From positions 177,654-241,653 of the forward strand of contig CAWCCJ010000007.1 of NCBI GenBank assembly GCA_963794045.1: a DNA stretch of 64,000 nucleotides, written 5' to 3'. This DNA is from an uncultured Actinomycetes bacterium (GTDB lineage Bacteria; Actinomycetota; Thermoleophilia; Gaiellales; Gaiellaceae). The translations under genes and the position numbers were made by a program. Shown here in pieces: positions 19,164 to 28,107 of the stretch. Numbering within the stretch: the stretch's first letter is position 1; every line of letters begins with the position of its first letter. The notes beneath the pieces are model-generated. The model made no database searches, was not told the DNA's origin, and was given only the letters and a program-made list of their open reading frames with translations.

Positions 19164-20147
19164 GTGAACGATCGTTTCGTCTCGACGGGCGACCTCCCTT
19201 CGCCGGATCTCGTTGCGCAACTGATCGCCGAGGCACACGATCGCTTCCGGGATGACACGTCCGGGGAGCGCTCGAGGACGTACCCGGCGTTGGCTCGCGC
19301 GTCGCCTGATCTTTTCGGCCTGTGCATCGCGGGAACTGACGGGCGCGTCATGTCGGCAGGTGACGACAGGATCGAGTTCTCGATGATGAGCGTCACCAAG
19401 CCGTTCGTCTTCGCACTCGTTTGCAACCGCCTTGGGGCGGAGGAGGTTCGGCGCCGCGTCGGAGTCAATCCGACCGGCCTGCCGTTCAACTCGATCCAAG
19501 CGCTCGAGCAGAGCGGCGACGGGAGGACCAACCCGATGGTGAATCCCGGCGCGATCGCGACGACGAGCCTCGCACCGGGAAGGACACCGACCGAGCAGTG
19601 GCAGTTCATCCACGACGGCCTCTCTCGGTTCGCCGGGCGGCCGCTCGCGATCGACGAGGAAGTCTTTGCGTCGGCGAGTGCGACGAACCAGCGCAACCAG
19701 GGGATCGCCCGTCTCCTCGTGGACGCCGGCCGCCTCTACACGGATCCGGACGCGGCCGTCGACCTCTATACGCGGCAGTGCTCGCTCACCGTGGACGTAA
19801 AAGACTTGGCCGTGATGGGGGCGACGCTCGCCGACGGGGGCACGAACCCCGTCACCGGCGTGCAGGTCATCGACCCGGTCAGCTGCCGCTACGCGCTCGC
19901 CGTCATGGCGAGCGCCGGTCTCTACGACACCTCCGGCGACTGGCTGTACGACGTCGGGCTGCCCGGCAAGAGCGGCATCAGCGGAGGCATCGTCACCGTC
20001 TCGCCGGGAAAAGGGAGCCTCGGCACGTTCGCGCCGTTGCTCGATCCTTCCGGCAACAGCGTCAAGGGGCAGCTGGCGGCGAGATTCCTCGCACGCCGGC
20101 TCGGGCTCGATCTCTTCGCGTCGGCGCCGTACGCACCGGCGGGCTGA
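19164..20147 (+). CDS. glsA: glutaminase A
   Basis: SVTKPF (catalytic Ser-x-x-Lys), NPMVNPGAI and LPGKSGISGG motifs of the glutaminase family. Confidence 0.9.
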   Translation: MNDRFVSTGDLPSPDLVAQLIAEAHDRFRDDTSGERSRTYPALARASPDLFGLCIAGTDGRVMSAGDDRIEFSMMSVTKPFVFALVCNRLGAEEVRRRVGVNPTGLPFNSIQALEQSGDGRTNPMVNPGAIATTSLAPGRTPTEQWQFIHDGLSRFAGRPLAIDEEVFASASATNQRNQGIARLLVDAGRLYTDPDAAVDLYTRQCSLTVDVKDLAVMGATLADGGTNPVTGVQVIDPVSCRYALAVMASAGLYDTSGDWLYDVGLPGKSGISGGIVTVSPGKGSLGTFAPLLDPSGNSVKGQLAARFLARRLGLDLFASAPYAPAG

Positions 20148-21062
20148 TCACGGGGCGCTCGACGCCTCCGCCGGGAGGTGGTTCCCCGCCGCCTCGGCGC
20201 CTTCCGGAAGAACGACGACAGGGACGGTCGCGGACGTGACGAGCGACTCCGAGACGGAGCCGAGGACGGCGGCGTGCACCGCGCCGATACCCCGGCCTGC
20301 GACGACGATCGCCCTGCCACCCTCACGCTCGGCAACCGAGATCAGGACCTCCGCCGGAACCCCCGGCTCGACGTGAACGGACACCGGCCGGTCCCCGACC
20401 ACCTCGAGAGCGGCGTCGAGGATCTCGCGCGTCAGCCGATCCAGCGCGTCGGGCTGCACGCTGAGTGACGGCGTGGTCGATCGCCCGAGGTACCGCACGA
20501 ACGACTTCGCCGAGCGCGGCGCATGCACCAAGGCCACGCGGCAGTCAAGGGTCCCCGCGAGATCCGCCGCCGTCCCGACTGCTGCGAGCGCATGCGCGGA
20601 GCCGTCCACCCCGCACACGATCGCCGGGTCAGGCCGTCCGGGTGTTCCCGTCAAAGCCGACGCGCCGCGGCGAACGATCACGAGCGGGCAGACCGCCTCC
20701 TGCACCAGCTTCCGCGGGACGCTCCCGAAGATCCCTGCGCCGAAGGACCTCGTGCCCTGAGCACCGACGACGAGCCACGCTCCGCGCTCGGTTCGCGCAA
20801 GCTCGAGGATGCGGTCGGCCGGAGACCCTTCGACCACATGGATCTCGGCAGACCGGTCCGCCTCCGTCCGCAGCCGGATCGCCGCCAGCACATCCTCCGC
20901 CTCCGCGACCGGCTCGTCGAACGCGTGCACCACGAGCAGCCGCGCACCGTAGGCCGCCGCGAGCTGCTGTGCGTTCTCGAGCACGAACGGCAGAGACTCG
21001 ATCGTGTCGACCCCGCAGATCACCGGTCCCGTCTTCTCCGAGCGAACGGCGGCGGCGTTCAT
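20148..21062 (-). CDS. universal stress protein (tandem Usp domains)
   Basis: ATG at 21062 (MNAAAV). Two repeats end in ..GSV..LV....CPLVIV / ..GSVSESLVTSATVPVVVL. Confidence 0.85.
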   Translation of the reverse strand: MNAAAVRSEKTGPVICGVDTIESLPFVLENAQQLAAAYGARLLVVHAFDEPVAEAEDVLAAIRLRTEADRSAEIHVVEGSPADRILELARTERGAWLVVGAQGTRSFGAGIFGSVPRKLVQEAVCPLVIVRRGASALTGTPGRPDPAIVCGVDGSAHALAAVGTAADLAGTLDCRVALVHAPRSAKSFVRYLGRSTTPSLSVQPDALDRLTREILDAALEVVGDRPVSVHVEPGVPAEVLISVAEREGGRAIVVAGRGIGAVHAAVLGSVSESLVTSATVPVVVLPEGAEAAGNHLPAEASSAP

Positions 21063-21064
21063 CG

Positions 21065-21661
21065 CTACGCAGCAGCCGTCGGCTCGGAATTGAACTCGCG
21101 GAGGTCGAACGCGAACCAGATCGCGGCGATCCCGCGGCCGAGCGCCGCGAATCCGACCCACACGACGAGCAGAATCGACCGACGGCCGAAGTCCCCCGCC
21201 GCCCAGAACCCAACACCTACCTGCAACAAGCCGAGGACGAAGAGGGGTGCCCAGGAGTCCTTCTCGTGCCGGGAGACGATCGCCTCGATCATCTCTCCTA
21301 CACCGATGACCACGAAGTAGAAGCTCATGACCGCGGCGAGGGCGGCGAAGGTGTGTCCGATCTGGAAGAACGCGACGACCCCGATGATGATGCACAGGGT
21401 CGCGAGAAGTAGGCGCCCGCCCGTGATCCAGCGGCTCCGAGCTCCTCCAAACGCGGTAATCGCTTCGCCGATACCGGCGACGAGCGCGAAGACCCCGAAG
21501 AGGATCGAGATCGACGACACGCTGCGCCAGTCGAAGCGGAGGATGGTGATCGCGAAGATGATCCACGCGATGCCGATGACGAGGAAGACCCACCAGAGGC
21601 GAGCCGCACCGGCGAACGAATCTGCGGCCTCCGCGTCGGTCGTAGCGATCGTCGTCGTCAT
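21065..21661 (-). CDS. HdeD/DUF308 family membrane protein
   Basis: Six TM helices with repeated G..L(I/V)..G(I/V)..I(I/V) DUF308-type segments. The gene ends 2 nt upstream of the Usp start. Confidence 0.75.
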   Translation of the reverse strand: MTTTIATTDAEAADSFAGAARLWWVFLVIGIAWIIFAITILRFDWRSVSSISILFGVFALVAGIGEAITAFGGARSRWITGGRLLLATLCIIIGVVAFFQIGHTFAALAAVMSFYFVVIGVGEMIEAIVSRHEKDSWAPLFVLGLLQVGVGFWAAGDFGRRSILLVVWVGFAALGRGIAAIWFAFDLREFNSEPTAAA

Positions 21662-21747
21662 CCGTCGACGCTCCTTCCCGTTAGAGGATCACTTCGAGTG
21701 CCCGCTGCGCGCGCCTTCGTCGGGCGTCGAATGACCGTAAGGCCGCG

Positions 21748-21788
21748 TACTCAGTTCGCGATCAGGGCTGACTCAAGCTTGCGTCAAG
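21748..21788 (-). promoter_or_regulatory. CTTGAC-N5-CTTGAG-N17-TGAGTA element facing the hdeD-usp genes
   Basis: Minus strand GGCTTGACGCAAGCTTGAGTC...TGAGTA, almost identical to the 17651 copy over the first 17 nt. Confidence 0.5.
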
Positions 21789-21802
21789 CCTCTTCGCGCT
21801 GA

Positions 21803-21843
21803 CTTGACCGAACCTTGATCGAGCGTGGAGGCCTGCCTGATCC
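21803..21843 (+). promoter_or_regulatory. CTTGAC-N5-CTTGAT-N17-TGATCC element facing the AbgT-SLC13 genes
   Basis: GACTTGACCGAACCTTGATCG...TGATCC, with the same geometry. Confidence 0.5.
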
Positions 21844-21917
21844 TCCAGCCATAGCGTCCCGAACCGAGCCGTCACGGGTGACGGGCCGGAACGCGAGCCT
21901 GGAGGGAGGAGACTCCG

Positions 21918-23600
21918 ATGAGCACGTCCACGGGCGCTGCGCCCGACGTCACCGGCCCGGAAGCGGACCATACGTTCATAGAGCGTCTGCTCGACAAGGT
22001 CGAGCGGGTCGGCAACAAGATGCCGCACCCGGCGATCCTCTTCGTCTGGCTCTGCGTTGGAGTCATCGTCCTCTCGCAGATCCTCGCGTTCGCCAACGTG
22101 AAGGCGACGTTCGAGGTCGTCAAACCGCCGCCGGTTCCGGCCGAGCAGGTCGAGTACGCCGGGTCGACGCAGAGCGTGGACGTTGCGTCGGCCGAGCCCG
22201 TGCCGCCGCAGGCGTACCACATGGTGACGGAGACGGCGAAGGTCAAAGGGTTACTGACCGGCGACGGAGTCACGTACCTCTTCACGTCGTTCGTCGCGAA
22301 TTTCCGCAACTTCGCCGCCGTGGCGATCATTCTGATCGTCATGATCGGCGTCGGCCTCGCAGAGGCGACCGGCCTGATCGCGGCGCTGATCCGAAAGCTC
22401 GTCGGCGTCTCGTCGCGAGGAACGCTGACGTTCATCATCGTGCTCCTGGGCGTCATCTCGAGCGTTGCGTCCGACGCCGGGTATCTCGTGCTGATCCCAC
22501 TGGGGGCTGCGGCGTTCAAGAGCGTCGGCCGAAACCCACTTGCGGGCATTGCCGCCGCGTTCGCCGGTGTTGCCGCCGGCTTCGGTGTGAACTTTCTGAT
22601 CACGCCGTTGGACGGCGTGCTGACCGAGATCACAAACGACGCGGCAGGAAACGACCGGAGCCAGCACATCGATCTCGCCGCGAACCTCTATTTCGGGATT
22701 GCTTCCACCGTCTTCGTCGCGATCATCCTCACGTTCGTAACGGCCAAGCTGGTCGAGAACCGCCTCGGCGACTACGACCCCGCGGATGCCGGCCCCGGTC
22801 CGCAGACGGCCGAGGAGACGCCCGAGGTCGAGCCCGCGGCGGAGGCCCGGGGTCTCCGCTACGCACTGTGGGGGACGCTTGTGACCGTCGGAGTAATTGC
22901 GCTTCTGACGGTGATCCCGGGCGCTCCGCTGCGGAACCCAGACACCGGAAAGGTGATCGGCGACTCGCCGTTCATGGACAGCCTGATCGTGATCATCACG
23001 ATCATCTTCTACGTCGCGGGCTACCTGTACGGGCGCGGCGCGGGGACGCTCAAGGGGAGCAAGGACGTCATCGCCACGATCGAGAAGTCGTGGGCGAGCC
23101 TCGCGAGTCTCCTGCTGCTCTTCCTGTTGATCGCGCAGTTCATCGCGTACTTCAACTTCAGCAACATCGCGGAGGTCGTCGCGGTGAAACTCGGCGACGT
23201 GCTCGAGCGAATGAATATCGGAGCCGTGTGGCTGCTCATCGGGTTCGTCATCGTGACGATCATCGTCGATCTGATCATCCCCGCAGCGATCGCGAAATGG
23301 GCGCTGCTCGCGCCCATCTTCATCCCGCTGTTCATCCGTCTCGGGGTCGCGCCGCAGACCGTGCTCGCCGCGTATCGCGTCGGCGACTCTCCTGTAAACG
23401 TGATCACACCGCTCATGGCGTACTTTCCGCTGATCGTCGTGTTCACGAAGCGCTACAAGCGCGACGCGGGTATCGGCACCGTCGTCTCGCTGATGCTCCC
23501 GTACGTCGCCATCCTGTCGATTACCTGGACGCTCTTCTTCGTCGCCTGGTACTTGATCGGGATTCCGCTCGGCCCAGGCTCGCCTGTGCACGTGCCCTGA
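21918..23600 (+). CDS. AbgT family (aminobenzoyl-glutamate/dipeptide-type) transporter
   Basis: The N-terminus FIERLLDKVERVGNKMPHPAILF is the AbgT signature. It is polytopic and preceded by a GGAGGAG Shine-Dalgarno sequence. Confidence 0.85.
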   Translation: MSTSTGAAPDVTGPEADHTFIERLLDKVERVGNKMPHPAILFVWLCVGVIVLSQILAFANVKATFEVVKPPPVPAEQVEYAGSTQSVDVASAEPVPPQAYHMVTETAKVKGLLTGDGVTYLFTSFVANFRNFAAVAIILIVMIGVGLAEATGLIAALIRKLVGVSSRGTLTFIIVLLGVISSVASDAGYLVLIPLGAAAFKSVGRNPLAGIAAAFAGVAAGFGVNFLITPLDGVLTEITNDAAGNDRSQHIDLAANLYFGIASTVFVAIILTFVTAKLVENRLGDYDPADAGPGPQTAEETPEVEPAAEARGLRYALWGTLVTVGVIALLTVIPGAPLRNPDTGKVIGDSPFMDSLIVIITIIFYVAGYLYGRGAGTLKGSKDVIATIEKSWASLASLLLLFLLIAQFIAYFNFSNIAEVVAVKLGDVLERMNIGAVWLLIGFVIVTIIVDLIIPAAIAKWALLAPIFIPLFIRLGVAPQTVLAAYRVGDSPVNVITPLMAYFPLIVVFTKRYKRDAGIGTVVSLMLPYVAILSITWTLFFVAWYLIGIPLGPGSPVHVP

Positions 23601-23634
23601 CGCAATCGCGTGACCTCGATCGAGGCCTGGAGAG

Positions 23635-25200
23635 ATGAGCGACTCGACGATCACGTTCCTCGTCCTGGGCATCGTCGTTGTCGTCTTCGCCCTCGACAAG
23701 CTGCCGATTGCGGTCGTGGCGATGGGGACGGCGCTCTCGCTCTGGGCAACGGGCGTCCTCGATCTGCAGCAGGCGCTCGGAGGCTTCGGCGACCCGACCG
23801 TCATCTTCATCGCCTCGCTCTTCGTTGTCAGCGAGGGTCTCGAAGCCTCTGGCGTCACGGCGTGGCTGGGTCAGCAGCTCGTCGCACGGGTGGGGGAGAG
23901 CAGGAAGCGGCTGATCGTCCTGACGATGGTGCTCGTGGCGGCGCTCACGGCGCTGATCAACGTGAACGGCGCGGTAGCGGCGCTCGTCCCGGTGGCCGCG
24001 GTCACGGCCATCCGCGTCGGCCGGTCGCCCGCGCAGCTGTTGATGCCGCTCGCCTTCGGAGCGCATGCGGGATCGCTCTTAGCGCTGACGGGAACGCCGG
24101 TGAACGTGATCGTGTCGGAGGCGGCGCAAGATGCCGGAGCAGGCCCGTTCGGATTCTTCTCGTTCGCGCTCGTCGGCATCCCGTTGCTCGCGGGCTCGAT
24201 CGCAATCGTCGTGTTCTTCGGTGGGCGGCTGCTTCCCGACCGTCGCGTGCGGAGGAGCACACCGAACTTCGCGATGCACGCGCGAACACTCGTCGCTCAA
24301 TACGACCTCGACCACGACCCGACGACGCTCCTGACGCGCCGGGCCGGCGTTGCCGAGATCGTCATTCCCCCGCGTTCGGAGCTCATCGGCGAGCGCGCAT
24401 TTCCCGGGATGGTGAGCGACCGGGGCGATCTCGTCGTCCTCGCGGTTCAGCGGCACGGCGACGATCAGAACGGCGGCGAGACGATGCTCGCCGGCGGCGA
24501 CACCCTGCTCCTGCAAGGCCCATGGGCTGCGCTCGAAGACCGGCTCGACGAGCCGGATGTCATCGCCGTCGACGAGCCGGCTCTCGTTCGCCGTCAAGCG
24601 GTCCCACTCGGGTTGGGAGCGTGGGAAGCGATTGCGCTGCTCGCGCTCATGGTCATCTTGCTCGCGACCGGCGCTGTGCCTGCGGTCGTCGCGGGTCTGC
24701 TGGCGGCAGGCGGGATGGTGATTGTCCGTGTTCTCTCGATCGACGAGGCGTACAACGGGATCTCGTGGACGACGGTGATTCTCGTCGCCGGGATGATTCC
24801 GCTCTCGACTGCGATGACCGAGTCGGGAGCGGCCAAGACCCTTGCGGACGGCCTCGTTCGCATCGTGGGGGACGCAGGCCCTCACCTTCTCCTCCTCGGC
24901 CTGTTCGTGCTCACCGCGGCGCTCGGGCAGCTGATCAGCAACATGGCGACTGCGCTGATTGTCATCCCGATCGCGCTCTCGGCGGCTTCCGACCTCTCGG
25001 TCTCGCCCCGTCCCGTACTGATGTGCGTCGCGGTTGCCGCAGCGGCGTCCTTTCTGACGCCCGTCGCGACGCCCGCGAATCTCATGGTCATGGGGCCGGC
25101 CGGATACCGCTTCGGCGACTACTGGAAGCTCGGCCTGCCGCTGCTCGCATTGTTCGGCGTCGTCAGCGTCCTGCTCGTGCCAGTCTTCTGGCCCTTCTGA
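23635..25200 (+). CDS. SLC13/DASS family permease with central TrkA-C domains
   Basis: The N- and C-terminal halves are polytopic. The central soluble segments (IVIPPRSELIGE...GDTLLLQG) resemble TrkA-C. Confidence 0.8.
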   Translation: MSDSTITFLVLGIVVVVFALDKLPIAVVAMGTALSLWATGVLDLQQALGGFGDPTVIFIASLFVVSEGLEASGVTAWLGQQLVARVGESRKRLIVLTMVLVAALTALINVNGAVAALVPVAAVTAIRVGRSPAQLLMPLAFGAHAGSLLALTGTPVNVIVSEAAQDAGAGPFGFFSFALVGIPLLAGSIAIVVFFGGRLLPDRRVRRSTPNFAMHARTLVAQYDLDHDPTTLLTRRAGVAEIVIPPRSELIGERAFPGMVSDRGDLVVLAVQRHGDDQNGGETMLAGGDTLLLQGPWAALEDRLDEPDVIAVDEPALVRRQAVPLGLGAWEAIALLALMVILLATGAVPAVVAGLLAAGGMVIVRVLSIDEAYNGISWTTVILVAGMIPLSTAMTESGAAKTLADGLVRIVGDAGPHLLLLGLFVLTAALGQLISNMATALIVIPIALSAASDLSVSPRPVLMCVAVAAAASFLTPVATPANLMVMGPAGYRFGDYWKLGLPLLALFGVVSVLLVPVFWPF

Positions 25201-25209
25201 TCTCTTGTA

Positions 25210-25884
25210 ATGGGCGGAGCGATCGGAGACGTGGTGCCGCTGGCCGTCGCGGTCGCCATCTTCCCGGTTCCGATCATCGCTGTCGTGCTGGTGCTCGGGT
25301 CGGCGCAGGGAACGAGGAAGGGCCTCGCATTCGTCCTCGCCTGGTCGATCGGCCTCGGGGCCGTTGGCGCTCTCGTCCTCCTCTTCTCCGGGAGTTTCGA
25401 GCCTCGCGAGGCGGGCGCTCCTGCGACGTGGCTGAACATCGTGCTCCTCGCACTTGGAGTGCTTCTCCTCGCCCTGGCCGTCAAGCAGTGGCGCAATCGT
25501 CCGCGTCCCGGTGACGAGCCCTCCATGCCGGGTTGGATGCGCTCGATCGACGCCTTGACGATTGCGAAGGCAGGAGCAACAGGCTTTGCGCTGACCGCGC
25601 TGAATCCGAAGAACGCGCTGCTCACAGTGGCGGCGGCGTTGGAGATCGCCGGGCGAGACCTTCCGCCGACTCAGCAGGCGGCAGTGCTCATCGGCTTCGT
25701 TCTGATCGGGTCGATCGGAGTCCTCGCGCCGCTCGTGCTCACGCTGCTGCTCGGCGACCGGTCGCACGACCTGCTCGAACGGCTGCGCGACTGGATGACG
25801 CGTTACAACGCGATTGTCATGGCGATGCTTTTCCTCGTCATCGGCGCGAAGCTGATCGGCGACTCGATCACGGGCTTCTCCTAG
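25210..25884 (+). CDS. GAP/DUF2910 (Sap-like) family membrane protein
   Basis: Six TM helices with an N-terminal IGDVVPLAVAVAIFPVPIIAVVL segment. The family call rests on recollection only. Confidence 0.6.
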   Translation: MGGAIGDVVPLAVAVAIFPVPIIAVVLVLGSAQGTRKGLAFVLAWSIGLGAVGALVLLFSGSFEPREAGAPATWLNIVLLALGVLLLALAVKQWRNRPRPGDEPSMPGWMRSIDALTIAKAGATGFALTALNPKNALLTVAAALEIAGRDLPPTQQAAVLIGFVLIGSIGVLAPLVLTLLLGDRSHDLLERLRDWMTRYNAIVMAMLFLVIGAKLIGDSITGFS

Positions 25885-25905
25885 GCATACCGCGACTCGC
25901 AGAAA

Positions 25906-26439
25906 TCAGTGAAACTCGTGCTTGAGCAGCACGAGCCCTGTGGCGAGCGCCACCAGGAATGCCGCCGCCGCCACGCTTCGCGCACCCGAGAGCCCGGCCC
26001 GGCGGTTTGCCGCGAAAGCGTAGGCACCGATGACGGTTACACCCGCGGCCTTCGCAGCGGTGAATCCTGCATCGAGCCCGATCGCGCCGAACACGCCAAG
26101 CATGAGAAGAAGGATCGGCGGGATCACTGCCACGAGCGATCCCAGGGCCAGAGCGATCGCCGACTGCAGTTCGGGCCAGGTCGGACGACGGCCCGTGCCG
26201 ATCATCGTTCCGAGGTAATCGGCGTACGCCTCGGCCAGCAGGACTGCCAACAGGGCGCCGAAGATCGTGGAAACGATGTCCGCGTCGGAGCGCTTTCCCT
26301 CGAGGGCGAGGATCACGGCGAGGACGATGATCTCCGCGTAGATCCCGTGCGTGGCCTGCTTCTCGCCGAACTGGGCCGTGAGCCACTGCCGCACAGGCTG
26401 CACGGACGGCGATTGCCCTGCCCCGAAGTCACGGGCCAT
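25906..26439 (-). CDS. hypothetical membrane protein
   Basis: Four or five TM helices with codon usage like its neighbours. No family was recognised. Confidence 0.55.
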   Translation of the reverse strand: MARDFGAGQSPSVQPVRQWLTAQFGEKQATHGIYAEIIVLAVILALEGKRSDADIVSTIFGALLAVLLAEAYADYLGTMIGTGRRPTWPELQSAIALALGSLVAVIPPILLLMLGVFGAIGLDAGFTAAKAAGVTVIGAYAFAANRRAGLSGARSVAAAAFLVALATGLVLLKHEFH

Positions 26440-27107
26440 TGCAGCAAGGATGCGGCACGCGTCGGTTGACGCGATCGCATTCCACGATGACTCCTGAACC
26501 GGCCCGGATGCGCGACACTTCGGCGATGCCCTCAGCGCTGGAAGCCATGGCAGCGAACCTCGAGCAGGCCCTCGAACACGTGAGCGTGCCGAGTTATGTC
26601 ATCGACCCTGCCGGTGTCGTCAGGTGGATGAACGCCGCTGCCATGCACCTCGTGGGCAACCAGACCGGGCGGCAGTTCACGGCGGTGGTCGCACCTGAGG
26701 ATACGCGCCGCGCTCGTGAGGTCTTCGCACGGAAGGTGGTGGGTAACACAAAGGTCACGGATGCGAGTTTCGTCGTCCTCGACTCGACGGGTGAATACGT
26801 CTCGGTCGAGATCAGTTCGGTACCGTTGCACCGCGGCGAGCATCTGATCGGCGTCTTCGGGCAGGTGTCCGACGTGCAGGAAGAGCCGGTCCCTCATCCG
26901 GAGTTGCGGCTGACCCCGAGGCAGGCCGAGGTCCTGCGTCTGCTCGAGTACGGCCGCACGACGACGCAGATCGCGGAGGAGCTGCACCTCAGTCGCGAGA
27001 CCGTTCGGAATCACGTGCGTCACCTCCTGCACGCGGTCGGCGCCTCGTCGCGCCTGGAAGCGGTCGCCCTCGCCCGCGGCGATCTGCCCGCTCTCCGCCG
27101 TACTTGA
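26439..27107 (+). CDS. PAS-domain LuxR-family transcriptional regulator
   Basis: A PAS-like core (SYVIDPAGVVRWMNAAA...) plus a C-terminal LuxR HTH (LTPRQAEVLRLLEYGRTTTQIAEELHLSRETVRNHV). The start is uncertain, with alternatives at 26487 and 26508. Confidence 0.75.
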   Translation: MQQGCGTRRLTRSHSTMTPEPARMRDTSAMPSALEAMAANLEQALEHVSVPSYVIDPAGVVRWMNAAAMHLVGNQTGRQFTAVVAPEDTRRAREVFARKVVGNTKVTDASFVVLDSTGEYVSVEISSVPLHRGEHLIGVFGQVSDVQEEPVPHPELRLTPRQAEVLRLLEYGRTTTQIAEELHLSRETVRNHVRHLLHAVGASSRLEAVALARGDLPALRRT

Positions 27108-27120
27108 CGCATCTGCGTCA
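27105..27120. promoter_or_regulatory. palindrome TGACGCA-N2-TGCGTCA
   Basis: Perfect 7-bp arms that start in the stop codon of the PAS-LuxR gene. The 2-nt spacer is too short for a terminator loop, so it is more likely a protein-binding site. Confidence 0.35.
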
Positions 27121-27188
27121 GCAAGGCCGCGATCCGCGGCGGCCACGATGGCGGTATAGAGAGTCTCGATCTCGATCTCGACCACGTC

Positions 27189-27467
27189 GTGATGTTCGAA
27201 TTGCCGGCGTTCGAGGACGTGGAAGCGTTCTGTGACCGGTTCCGGCCACGCTGGGAAGGATGGTCGCACGCCGACGAGCATGTCTGGCTCTTCGCCGTCC
27301 GCCTCAGAACCGCCGGCGACAACGTTGCGTGCCTGCTTCGAGAATCCCAAGAGCTGCTTGCCGAGCTCGGTCTGGCGAGCGTCCGATTTTGCCTCGACGG
27401 CAGAAGGTACGCCCTCGACGCAGCGCACACGTCTGGCGCTTGCGCGTCGACCTTGACCGAAGCTTGA
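27189..27467 (+). CDS. small hypothetical protein
   Basis: A 92-aa ORF with protein-like composition (MMFELPAFEDVEAFCDRFRPRWEGW...). No family was recognised. Confidence 0.35.
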   Translation: MMFELPAFEDVEAFCDRFRPRWEGWSHADEHVWLFAVRLRTAGDNVACLLRESQELLAELGLASVRFCLDGRRYALDAAHTSGACASTLTEA

Positions 27468-27492
27468 CGCATCGCCGACGGCCGCATGACCT
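27452..27492 (+). promoter_or_regulatory. CTTGAC-N5-CTTGAC-N17-TGACCT element facing the DUF1269-like-usp genes
   Basis: ACCTTGACCGAAGCTTGACGC...TGACCT, 40 nt upstream of the 27532 start. Confidence 0.5.
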
Positions 27493-27531
27493 GAGCGTCC
27501 TAGGGTCGCGGGCAAGGAGGCCATCGGTCGA

Positions 27532-28080
27532 TTGGACGTGTACGAGCTCGCACCGACGTACCCCGCGCCGCGCCAGATGCTTCTGGGCGTCTTCCAGTCA
27601 GCGGGGCGTGCCGAGGCAATCTGCAGCCTGCTTCGCGAGTCAGCACGTCAGCGACTGATCCGCGTCATCAGTCTGACGCAGATCAAGCGTGACGCGCGCG
27701 GCCGGCTCGAACTGCTCGAGGCGCGAAGCGGTCACCGTGGGGGTCGTGAGGTCGCGGGCTCCCTGCCGGCGATCTTTCGCATGCTCCTCGGGCCGAGTGA
27801 TCGCGTCTCCGTGAGCGCTCGCCTCTCCTCATTGGCCGACGCTCTCGAGCCTGACACATCGGCGATCGCTGCGCTCATCGAGCACAGCTGGGTCGACGAC
27901 GTCCGCGCGCTGATGGAGGAGGCCGGCGCCGAGGCGGTGACCGACGCGGTGCGGGCGGAGATCGCCGACGCGATGGCGTCGGGGCGGGACCTGGTGTTCA
28001 CGGCCGGGGCGACGGAGTGGGGTTCAGCGCCGCTGGAGCGCCTTATGCGAGGCGAGGCAAGCGGAGTGAAACGGGGATGA
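27532..28080 (+). CDS. DUF1269/DUF6325-like hypothetical protein
   Basis: AAGGAGG Shine-Dalgarno sequence upstream. The pattern ..IRVISL..IKRDARG.. and ..SAIAALIEHSWV..V...MEEAGA matches this family, and a paralog lies at 54925-55410. Confidence 0.6.
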   Translation: MDVYELAPTYPAPRQMLLGVFQSAGRAEAICSLLRESARQRLIRVISLTQIKRDARGRLELLEARSGHRGGREVAGSLPAIFRMLLGPSDRVSVSARLSSLADALEPDTSAIAALIEHSWVDDVRALMEEAGAEAVTDAVRAEIADAMASGRDLVFTAGATEWGSAPLERLMRGEASGVKRG

Positions 28081-28107
28081 CGAGATGACTGCCGCCGGCG
28101 CCTCGCT

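Noticed and set aside
21815-25767. Very long alternative-frame and antisense ORFs across the AbgT and SLC13 genes (21815-23638 plus strand, 22251-23858 minus, 23610-25514 plus, 24079-25767 minus)
   Set aside because: Their translations are extreme Arg/Asp/Gly/His low-complexity. The annotated frames give polytopic transporters with family signatures.
27490-27515. DosR-box-like sequence (GCGTCCTAGGGTCGC) upstream of the DUF1269-like/Usp genes
   Set aside because: Only the central CCTAGG is palindromic. The half-sites do not match the GGGAC/GTCCC consensus in the right orientation.
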